From positions 99,230 through 163,229 of the IMG/VR virus record IMGVR_UViG_3300029985_000017: a stretch of DNA of 64,000 nucleotides; one strand, 5' to 3'. This DNA comes from a virus. Positions 39,273 through 46,459 of the stretch are shown here, one piece after another; the first letter of the stretch is position 1, and every line of letters begins with the position of its first letter. Position numbers and translations under genes: made by a program. The notes under the pieces were generated by a model that made no database searches, was not told the origin of the DNA, and worked only from the letters and a program-made list of their open reading frames with translations.

Positions 39273-39280
39273 TAAAGATT
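39273..39280 (-). promoter_or_regulatory. AATCTTTA late-promoter-like motif
   Basis: 5 nt before ATG of an isolated structural-type gene. Confidence 0.6.
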
Positions 39281-39325
39281 CCGATTTTATATCGAAAAAT
39301 ATATAACTATACGATACTATTAAAT

Positions 39326-39349
39326 AAAAAGGCGTCCCCGGAAGACGCC
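39326..39349 (-). terminator. Intrinsic terminator after Hsp20
   Basis: GGCGUCUU-CCG-GGGACGCC followed by UUUUU. Confidence 0.7.
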
Positions 39350-39359
39350 CTTCTATTCT

Positions 39360-39698
39360 CTACTTAATTCTGATCAATTTGGTTTGTTTTTCAACGCTTT
39401 TAGGCAAAGTTAATGTCAATATCCCGTCTTTTAGATCTGCCTCTATAGATTCAGAATCAACTGTATTAGGAATCTTAAAGGTTTTTGAATACTTACGATT
39501 TTTGGTTTTATTCTCACCCTTAACCGTCAATACTCCTTGGTTAAATTCCACGGCTAGGTCTTCTTTAGATATCCCTGGTAAATCCATGGATAGCTTATAG
39601 ACCTTAGAGTCTTCTTCTACATAGTCAGAAGTAAAATGTGGGTTAAATAAGAATCTATTAAAATCATCGAATAAATTAAATGATAAATCATGCTTCAT
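39360..39698 (-). CDS. Hsp20/alpha-crystallin small heat-shock protein
   Basis: DLPGISKEDL...IEADLKDGILTLTLPK. Confidence 0.92.
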   Translation of the reverse strand: MKHDLSFNLFDDFNRFLFNPHFTSDYVEEDSKVYKLSMDLPGISKEDLAVEFNQGVLTVKGENKTKNRKYSKTFKIPNTVDSESIEADLKDGILTLTLPKSVEKQTKLIRIK

Positions 39699-39748
39699 TG
39701 AGCACCTCCTGATTTAAAATATAATTTCTATTTTATAGTTGTCAAGTG

Positions 39749-40015
39749 CTACTCTTTAGCGCCAGTATCTACCCATTTAATTAAAATATCCCGTTCTTCC
39801 TGAGGCATATCCTGTCCTTGGGGCATTTCCTTGGTAATCATCTTTAGTTTAATGGTGTCCTTATACTTAAAGGCATCCCCATACTTCTGCCAATTCTTAT
39901 CTTGAACATAATCATGGCATTGAGAACACCTATTCTTAAAGATGGGCTTAGCATCCTTATTGTAAGTAGGGTTTACTGCTGCTAGGGCTACTGAACTAAA
40001 AAATACAAGTATCAT
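39749..40015 (-). CDS. Small secreted monoheme c-type cytochrome
   Basis: Signal peptide; PIFKNRCSQCH; distal MP; WVDTGA. Confidence 0.75.
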   Translation of the reverse strand: MILVFFSSVALAAVNPTYNKDAKPIFKNRCSQCHDYVQDKNWQKYGDAFKYKDTIKLKMITKEMPQGQDMPQEERDILIKWVDTGAKE

Positions 40016-40218
40016 GACTTTAACCTCTTAATTTCTTCTTCTAATTCCAAATTCTTTTTTATTAGAGTTATGTTTTCTATACGCAGTTCATATAGCTCTA
40101 CAGCCCTATCAAGATCTTCTGCTAGACGCCTAACATAACCACGATCTTCTATAGGAGTTTCTCCAGATCGCCTAAATCCTGCTTCAGGACAGTCTACTGA
40201 CCAAGTTACTTTACCCAT
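40012..40218 (-). CDS. Hypothetical protein
   Basis: Coupled ORF. Confidence 0.5.
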   Translation of the reverse strand: MGKVTWSVDCPEAGFRRSGETPIEDRGYVRRLAEDLDRAVELYELRIENITLIKKNLELEEEIKRLKS

Positions 40219-40724
40219 TACTTCTTCCTCTCTACAATCACAACTTCTTTGTCGGCTGCCTCTAGTTGATCTTTTAGAGATGGACCTACTTTGGCGTCTA
40301 TTACTTGATCTGTATAAGTAGCCACTAATGGTTCATGCTTTGCTTTTAGCTTATCGTATTCTTCCATCCATTCTAATGCTGCTTTTTCGTATACTTTGGT
40401 ACGATGTTTTTGATCTTTTAGTTCTTTCTTTAGCTCAAAAAGACTGTCTACGGTCTCTCCTAATTGCCTGGAATAATTCTCCAATTTATCGTAAATATAG
40501 TCAACTGTATTACCTCTATGTTCAGAACGACCTATTTCTTTGGATTTATTCTCTAACTGAAATTTAAGACTCTTAATCTCATTCCTAGCCGCATCTAATT
40601 CCTTTTGTAATACCGTAGCCCCATCCAAGAAAAACTGTTCGATCCTAAGAGGGGATACAGTAGAGCCATCCCAATTCTTGGCGGCGTACTCTTTAGCTGC
40701 TTTAGCGATTTGCTTTTTAGTCAT
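40218..40724 (-). CDS. Coiled-coil hypothetical protein
   Basis: Coupled ORF. Confidence 0.55.
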   Translation of the reverse strand: MTKKQIAKAAKEYAAKNWDGSTVSPLRIEQFFLDGATVLQKELDAARNEIKSLKFQLENKSKEIGRSEHRGNTVDYIYDKLENYSRQLGETVDSLFELKKELKDQKHRTKVYEKAALEWMEEYDKLKAKHEPLVATYTDQVIDAKVGPSLKDQLEAADKEVVIVERKK

Positions 40725-40726
40725 AT

Positions 40727-40996
40727 CTAATTCTTATACTTCTTACACCAATTACTATGACTGCTAGAACCGCACTTCTCAGCCCCGCATTCACATTCTA
40801 CTTCTTTAATCTCTGCACTACCTTTTAAAGATTTCAAAACTCTTTTTCTAAACTCTTCATCTGTTTCTTCTGTTATCCCATAAGATGGGTGCCAATAAGC
40901 ATCCCGTCTGATGCCATGTTCTTCGGCTATACGGTCTAAAGCATCTCCATGGGCTACGTCAATCGTCATATAATCGAAATATTCAAAGTCGTTCAT
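40727..40996 (-). CDS. Hypothetical protein with baseplate-like motif and C-terminal CxCG..HSxxC
   Basis: AHGDALDRIAEEHGIRR...ETDEEFRKRV; CECGAEKCGSSSHSNWC. Confidence 0.6.
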   Translation of the reverse strand: MNDFEYFDYMTIDVAHGDALDRIAEEHGIRRDAYWHPSYGITEETDEEFRKRVLKSLKGSAEIKEVECECGAEKCGSSSHSNWCKKYKN

Positions 40997-41014
40997 TTTT
41001 GTTCCTTAATAATA

Positions 41015-41923
41015 TTAATTAACGTACTCAAAAGTATATCCACCAGCATAATTAGAATTTTTATTTAAAAATTTTGAAATTTGACACCTACCTATGCCAA
41101 GTTTACGGGCAGCTTCGCTAACAGATTCAAAAACAATGCCTGTTTCTATGCATTTAATCTTTCTTTTAGTTATATTGGCACTTTCCATGTGCTCGTAACA
41201 CTCTTTTAGCCAACCTTCGTATCGTGCAGAGTCATAGGCTCCAGCATATTTTTTCTTAAATTGTGTAGGAGTATTACATTTTCTAGCAGCAGTCATACAA
41301 GCTTTCTTTGTCCAAATCAATTTTCCGCCGCCTAGGCTACCGGCTTTGTTTTTATTTAAAATTGTCCATCCATTACTACGATATTCTTCAATAAGTTTTG
41401 ATTCTTCTTTCCCTACAATTTCTTTTGGATAAAAAATATTAAATTTCTTAAAAATCTGGCCTCCTAACCAGTATTTTTGTTTTAAAATTTTATTATGAGA
41501 CATATGATATATGTGGCGTTCTTGATAATTATATGTCAAGCCTACGTAAACCGTTTTATCTGGATGTTCATAAGCATACAATGCTCTAAAATATCGGCTG
41601 CCAATTTTCTCCATGTGGAAGCAAACGTCTTCGTACCAAGGACTTCTGTAGGCTTTTTGGTGTTCTGCTGGAAATCTTTCCCTAAATTCAGTTTTTGTTT
41701 TACATTTCAAAGCTTTCTCATGGCAATATTCTTTTGTTAGTTCTCCTTTTATAAATCTTAACTTTTTCATATGTTTACAACATATTTCTAACCAGCCATT
41801 TCTCCAAGCGGCTGTGTAACCTCCACTTCTATGCTCATACCATTTGTGTCTTTCGTCATACTTTTTGGCATCAATCTTACATCTTTTTAATGTCCAGTAT
41901 CCTCGCGGTTTGTTTTTTGGCAT
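41015..41923 (-). CDS. GIY-YIG-type homing endonuclease with repeats and NUMOD1-like HTH
   Basis: ALYAY...VYVGLT..ERH; WT...C..A.K repeats; FESVSEAARKLG; start MPKNKP. Confidence 0.75.
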   Translation of the reverse strand: MPKNKPRGYWTLKRCKIDAKKYDERHKWYEHRSGGYTAAWRNGWLEICCKHMKKLRFIKGELTKEYCHEKALKCKTKTEFRERFPAEHQKAYRSPWYEDVCFHMEKIGSRYFRALYAYEHPDKTVYVGLTYNYQERHIYHMSHNKILKQKYWLGGQIFKKFNIFYPKEIVGKEESKLIEEYRSNGWTILNKNKAGSLGGGKLIWTKKACMTAARKCNTPTQFKKKYAGAYDSARYEGWLKECYEHMESANITKRKIKCIETGIVFESVSEAARKLGIGRCQISKFLNKNSNYAGGYTFEYVN

Positions 41924-41930
41924 ATTTAAT

Positions 41931-42968
41931 TTAAAATATCCTATCAATAATAGTAGCCAAATAAGAATCTTCAACTTTAAAATTAGGATTACTTTCCATT
42001 TTTGAACGTAAGCCATCAATAAGTTGGAGAAAATAGCTACTGTCAACCCCCACAAGTTGGCTTTCTAAAACATCAATATCACTCAAATCAAGCTGAGAGA
42101 TCTGAAAGCACATCTTTAGATATTGTCCTGCATTAATATTAAAGCCACGCTTAATGAACTTCCTAGTCCTAATTACAGAACAAAGTGGGTATTTAGACCC
42201 AATGTACTTAAGTTCCTTATTTAGAAGACATTCCAAAGCTTCGGCCTTCAATACCAATTGATTAGATCCAAAATCGTAATAATTGGTGCAATGCACAAAA
42301 TCGTAATTTGCATGGATAGCATCTGGTTCCCCATAGAACCTAACAACCAATTGAATCTTATCTGCCAAAGTAATGGCGTTAGTGCTGAGAAATACTGGAC
42401 GATAAGGATCTTTAGGTTCTTCTGCAGACTCCAATAGCTTTTCATCAATTTGGTCTGCATCGTTTAAAGCTTCAACGGCATCTTCAAAGGGTTGTTCTAG
42501 AATTTTATCGTTCTCAGCTGCAACACCATCAGATCTAACAATGATTTTTACCCTATCTGGAGTAGTTCCAGCAATCATCCTGGACAATACCTTTCCTTGA
42601 TTGGAAAATTCTCTAGCCAATTCTGAGTTCCTGTCAATAAAATGATAACTCTTTCCGTCTTTATCTGGAGTAAGTTCTTCGCCATCCAATACATATGCTT
42701 TGGCGCTACCGCCCAATCGATTTTTTTTGTTGGCTTGGCGCTGATTAAACTCGTTTGTATAATACTTGGCTACTAGGTAAGCCGTCTTCTTATCCCTAAA
42801 ATAAAGGTCATAATCCTTGGGTTCTTCACCCATGAGCATCGAGGCAATAGAACCGCCCGTAACTATTGTATTTTTCTTGCAAAGCTTTTGAACTTCTTCG
42901 TCTTTAATAGACTTAACCCAGTCATTTAGCTTCTTGGACAAAACAGACTTAATTATTTTACGGTTCAT
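41931..42968 (-). CDS. Nucleotidyltransferase (poly(A) polymerase/CCA-enzyme-like head)
   Basis: VTGGSIASMLMGEEPKDYDLYF; YDFVH; RTRKFIKRGF. Confidence 0.7.
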   Translation of the reverse strand: MNRKIIKSVLSKKLNDWVKSIKDEEVQKLCKKNTIVTGGSIASMLMGEEPKDYDLYFRDKKTAYLVAKYYTNEFNQRQANKKNRLGGSAKAYVLDGEELTPDKDGKSYHFIDRNSELAREFSNQGKVLSRMIAGTTPDRVKIIVRSDGVAAENDKILEQPFEDAVEALNDADQIDEKLLESAEEPKDPYRPVFLSTNAITLADKIQLVVRFYGEPDAIHANYDFVHCTNYYDFGSNQLVLKAEALECLLNKELKYIGSKYPLCSVIRTRKFIKRGFNINAGQYLKMCFQISQLDLSDIDVLESQLVGVDSSYFLQLIDGLRSKMESNPNFKVEDSYLATIIDRIF

Positions 42969-42986
42969 ACTAGATCTCCTTTGGTC

Positions 42987-43015
42987 AGATTACGACTAAT
43001 TAAATTAAAAGTCAA
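42987..43015 (-). promoter_or_regulatory. sigma70-type promoter
   Basis: TTGACT-N17-TAATCT. Confidence 0.75.
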
Positions 43016-43018
43016 GGA

Positions 43019-43402
43019 CTATTTAACAACTTTCAAACTAGACTTCTTATCCCAAAGGCCTTTTTCTTGGTTGGCATTAGGTTTATAGTATGTCTTAATA
43101 AATTTTTGAAATCTAAGATAATCAGGCCAACTTAATACCATACCCTTATCATTAAATTGTATAATACTAGCATGGATTTGAGATTTAGTAGAATAATCAA
43201 ATAAAGACTTTGGCCAGCCTTCATGATTCCATTTTCTTTTAGCAAATTCCTGTTTAAATGTCTCAAATGTACCATAATCCCATTTATGGGTGTGTCTAGT
43301 AGTCATTTCTTTATGGGCAGCCCATGGAATCCAATAGGTACCAAAGAATGCCATAGCAAAAAGCCCACCTAAAAATATCAGTACTAATCCATATGTAAAC
43401 AT
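43019..43402 (-). CDS. Membrane-anchored hypothetical protein
   Basis: N-terminal TM segment. Confidence 0.55.
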   Translation of the reverse strand: MFTYGLVLIFLGGLFAMAFFGTYWIPWAAHKEMTTRHTHKWDYGTFETFKQEFAKRKWNHEGWPKSLFDYSTKSQIHASIIQFNDKGMVLSWPDYLRFQKFIKTYYKPNANQEKGLWDKKSSLKVVK

Positions 43403-43403
43403 C

Positions 43404-43613
43404 CTAAGGCTCCTTCTTTTCTTCTAATTTTTTATCTTCGAACTTCTTATGAAAAGCTTCCAACATCACAAAGTCTATGGTGCATTTAACAATATTTTGT
43501 CCTAATTCTGAGTTCTTTAGCTTATCGATAACATCTAAATTGGTAGGTCTAGAAAGATAGAGGCTCAAATGATTAAAATAACGTGTTTTAACTGATTCGA
43601 AGTCTTCATCCAT
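43404..43613 (-). CDS. Hypothetical protein
   Basis: First gene after promoter 43631-43659. Confidence 0.5.
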   Translation of the reverse strand: MDEDFESVKTRYFNHLSLYLSRPTNLDVIDKLKNSELGQNIVKCTIDFVMLEAFHKKFEDKKLEEKKEP

Positions 43614-43630
43614 ATTCAGCCCTTTTAAAT

Positions 43631-43699
43631 ATCCTACCGTATTGAAAGTAAAAAGTCAAGGAAAAAATACTTGACATTTAAGAAAGAGGAGAGTAGGAT
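43631..43699. promoter_or_regulatory. Back-to-back sigma70-type promoters
   Basis: Minus TTGACT-N17-TAGGAT (43659-43631); plus TTGACA-N17-TAGGAT (43671-43699). Confidence 0.75.
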
Positions 43700-43705
43700 T
43701 AAGGT

Positions 43706-43816
43706 ATGAATGAAGAATCATGTACAATTCCCACCAGAGACCATAACTGGATTGCCCAAGACGATCACTTTGAATATTGTCCCTATTGTGGGGCTGTTAA
43801 GGCGAAAGAAAAGTAA
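43706..43816 (+). CDS. 36-aa leaderless Zn-binding microprotein (absent from ORF track)
   Basis: ATG 6 nt after -10; MNEESCTIPTRDHNWIAQDDHFEYCPYCGAVKAKEK. Confidence 0.6.
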   Translation: MNEESCTIPTRDHNWIAQDDHFEYCPYCGAVKAKEK

Positions 43817-43822
43817 GAAACT

Positions 43823-44032
43823 TTAATAACAAGTTCCATACGGATATTTAATTCCGTGTTCTGTCATTCCTTCTAAATCGAATTTATTACCACAATGCCC
43901 ACAATAGTAGGCATCGCCCGGTGCAAAGTTTTGCAAGCACTTCATGGCCGCTTCTTCTAGACAAAAGGAACAAATAGGCCCAATAGTTCCTTCTTGCTCT
44001 AATGGTTTCCTATGGAATAAGCAAATTGGCAT
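43823..44032 (-). CDS. Zn-finger hypothetical protein
   Basis: CLFH, CSFC, CGHC. Confidence 0.5.
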   Translation of the reverse strand: MPICLFHRKPLEQEGTIGPICSFCLEEAAMKCLQNFAPGDAYYCGHCGNKFDLEGMTEHGIKYPYGTCY

Positions 44033-44226
44033 TATTCATATTCCCACTCAAAGGTATCTACACCATCATCCTGACTGGCATCATAAGGAGGTCTCATACC
44101 CAATTCTTCCACTAATTGTAGAACACTGTCCATAAACTCATTCGGAGTTATATAACCAGCTTCAACCATACAGTGTTTAATGCCATAATACCTTTGAAGT
44201 TTAAGCAACATTTCTGAACGTTTCAT
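44032..44226 (-). CDS. Hypothetical protein, paralogue of 35387-35590
   Basis: MKRSEM...VEELGMRPP...WE. Confidence 0.55.
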   Translation of the reverse strand: MKRSEMLLKLQRYYGIKHCMVEAGYITPNEFMDSVLQLVEELGMRPPYDASQDDGVDTFEWEYE

Positions 44227-44561
44227 TCTTGAACCCTCAAAACTATATGGCCCCTACTAATAGCTTGTTTAACACAATTTTCGGTTCCAGCACCACCTGG
44301 AAAAGCAACTACAATAGCATTAGGATACTTTTTTAACATCTCTAAATTCCTAATTGGTCCCGCAGCACGGCCATGCTTATCCCATTCTGCTTCTACAAGA
44401 AACGAATTAATTTGATAAAAATCACAATATTTTTGAGCCAATCTATCCGCACCTGAGGCACCACCTTGAATCAAAAGGCCAATATCAAAAAGAGAAAGAA
44501 CCTTTTGCACTTTATCCCAATTATTGTAGTCTCTGCCTCCTGTAACGATAATGTCTTTCAT
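44223..44561 (-). CDS. SLOG/YspA-like (DUF2493-type) protein
   Basis: IIVTGGRDY, QGGASGAD, HGRAAGPIRN, AFPGGAGT. Confidence 0.85.
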   Translation of the reverse strand: MKDIIVTGGRDYNNWDKVQKVLSLFDIGLLIQGGASGADRLAQKYCDFYQINSFLVEAEWDKHGRAAGPIRNLEMLKKYPNAIVVAFPGGAGTENCVKQAISRGHIVLRVQE

Positions 44562-44562
44562 A

Positions 44563-45126
44563 TCAGTCCTTCTTCTTACATGCTTTTGCTATAGCACAAG
44601 TGCATCCTGGCATGCATATGCCCGTATGGCCCCAGCTCATGGCATCTGGCAATTCACCAAAAGAACAGGTGCCCTGGCTCTTTCCGTGTCTCTCTTTGCA
44701 CTTATCTAAAATAGTTTGTGCTTCTGTGGCGTCTTCATATTTAAGTACTTGAAAACCATCCTTATAATGGGATAAGAATCGTTCAATGCCAATTATTAAG
44801 TACTTTTCGTCTTTAAGTTTCTCATGTTCAATAATATAGGCCACTAGTTTATCGTCTACTTCCCCATTGTCCAAGCATTTAATAACTCCTAGGATTTCTA
44901 CCTTAACCACAGAAAGAGGGATTAGAGGTTCAGTGCTTATAATAAATACATCTAGAGGATCGCCGTCTTCAGCTAAAGTATCTGGGAAGTAGCCATAGTT
45001 CTCTGGATAGTTGTGGAATAGGGGTCTATCCAAAATCAATTGGCCGGTTACTTTATCTACTTCGTATTTATATCTGGATCCTTTTGGGATTTCAACAACT
45101 GCTTTAATTAGACTCATCTTGGTCAT
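44563..45126 (-). CDS. ppa: Family I inorganic pyrophosphatase
   Basis: EIPKGSRYKYE, YPENYGYFPDT, DGDPLD, DDKL; start may be the second Met. Confidence 0.92.
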   Translation of the reverse strand: MTKMSLIKAVVEIPKGSRYKYEVDKVTGQLILDRPLFHNYPENYGYFPDTLAEDGDPLDVFIISTEPLIPLSVVKVEILGVIKCLDNGEVDDKLVAYIIEHEKLKDEKYLIIGIERFLSHYKDGFQVLKYEDATEAQTILDKCKERHGKSQGTCSFGELPDAMSWGHTGICMPGCTCAIAKACKKKD

Positions 45127-45517
45127 CCTTCATCCATAGTGGTTCTGGCATAAATTCTTGGGGTTTAATATCATCAATAATCCATCTAGGCTTAGTAATT
45201 ACTACGTCCACTAGATACTCGATTTTCAAAGCCTTAACGGCAGCTTCTGCCCAATCAAAACCGCCCTGCGACCATACGACCACTGTATGATTTCGCATTT
45301 TATGCTTCTTAATTTGTTCAATATGCTTCCTATGTGAAACTACCCAGGCAGACCAACCACCTACATTAACGACTTCGCCATCTTCATTTACGGTGGTGGA
45401 ATTGGGACAAAAGATCTCAATACCGCGCTCAGCAATTTGTTCTGGAGTAGGGTTCCACATTATGAGAGTGTCGTCCACGTCCACGTACAAAATCTGATCT
45501 CCGGATATTACAATCAT
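45104..45517 (-). CDS. HAD-like phosphatase
   Basis: YVDVDDTL, VWSQGG, KP..IIDD. Confidence 0.75.
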   Translation of the reverse strand: MIVISGDQILYVDVDDTLIMWNPTPEQIAERGIEIFCPNSTTVNEDGEVVNVGGWSAWVVSHRKHIEQIKKHKMRNHTVVVWSQGGFDWAEAAVKALKIEYLVDVVITKPRWIIDDIKPQEFMPEPLWMKDDQDESN

Positions 45518-45801
45518 ATGACTTCCTTCAAAATCTTGATATACATCTCAGGATATCTTTTCCTAAGCCTACGCTCTCTGCGCCTATCTGGTTTAGCCCT
45601 TTTATTAGAATGCAAGCACTTCTCACTACAAAATAAATCTCCGTAACCCCACGGAATTGAATGATTCCCGACAGCTCGCTTAAATCTAACCCGATCCCCA
45701 CAAGCATAACATCTGGTACATGAAATGATAGACATCAAAGTAGAGTGCATCTCATCCCCAAAAGGATACCAATGTGAGAGGCGTACTGGATAGATGCTCA
45801 T
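45514..45801 (-). CDS. Zn-finger hypothetical protein
   Basis: CYAC...FCSEKC. Confidence 0.5.
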   Translation of the reverse strand: MSIYPVRLSHWYPFGDEMHSTLMSIISCTRCYACGDRVRFKRAVGNHSIPWGYGDLFCSEKCLHSNKRAKPDRRRERRLRKRYPEMYIKILKEVI

Positions 45802-46052
45802 TCTTCTATCTCACTAGCACTATAATGTCTCCGAGTTTCAGCATAAACCCTAAATCGTCTTGGAGTATCGTGACCTTCTGACAATAACCAAACATTGTCC
45901 ACATCGGGATACTCTGCTGAGTTACAATGATCTTCTTCACAAATAGATTCGGCAGCATCGTGATAGCCGCGAGTACTTTTAAACGACGAAAGCCATTTGG
46001 TGTCCTCAGGCCATTTATCTTCAAAAGTGTATAAATATTTAAAAGTTTTCAT
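45798..46052 (-). CDS. Hypothetical protein
   Basis: ATGA-coupled. Confidence 0.5.
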   Translation of the reverse strand: MKTFKYLYTFEDKWPEDTKWLSSFKSTRGYHDAAESICEEDHCNSAEYPDVDNVWLLSEGHDTPRRFRVYAETRRHYSASEIEE

Positions 46053-46411
46053 TTTACCCTCTCCTCTTTAAAATCGCCTTCAAAAGTATAGACTACGTTC
46101 TTGACACCCTGATCCTTCAAATACTTCCAACAAGAATTACAGGGGCGACTCATAGCGGGAGAACCATTTTTTTGTTGTCTAAAGACATACACAGTAGCGC
46201 CACGAACATCAAAGTTGGCGCTCAGAACAGCCATAAATTCAGCGTGGATACTTTTCCAAGAATGGGGCGAAGCCGGATGGGTCTTTAGCGTATTAAATCC
46301 AGTACCTAGAACACGGTTACCTTTAGCTATAACACACCCATGAATATGGGTGTGATGATTGGACTTAAGACTAAGTTTTTTAGCCAATGTCATAAGGCGT
46401 TGTTGTCTCAT
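46049..46411 (-). CDS. Cytidine/dCMP deaminase family protein
   Basis: HAE...SRPCNSC. Confidence 0.85.
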   Translation of the reverse strand: MRQQRLMTLAKKLSLKSNHHTHIHGCVIAKGNRVLGTGFNTLKTHPASPHSWKSIHAEFMAVLSANFDVRGATVYVFRQQKNGSPAMSRPCNSCWKYLKDQGVKNVVYTFEGDFKEERVK

Positions 46412-46417
46412 ATAGGT

Positions 46418-46446
46418 AATATACTATATACAAAATTACAAGTCAA
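46418..46446 (-). promoter_or_regulatory. sigma70-type promoter (leaderless transcript)
   Basis: TTGACT-N17-TATATT, ATG 6 nt downstream. Confidence 0.7.
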
Positions 46447-46459
46447 CTAAATTTTACAA

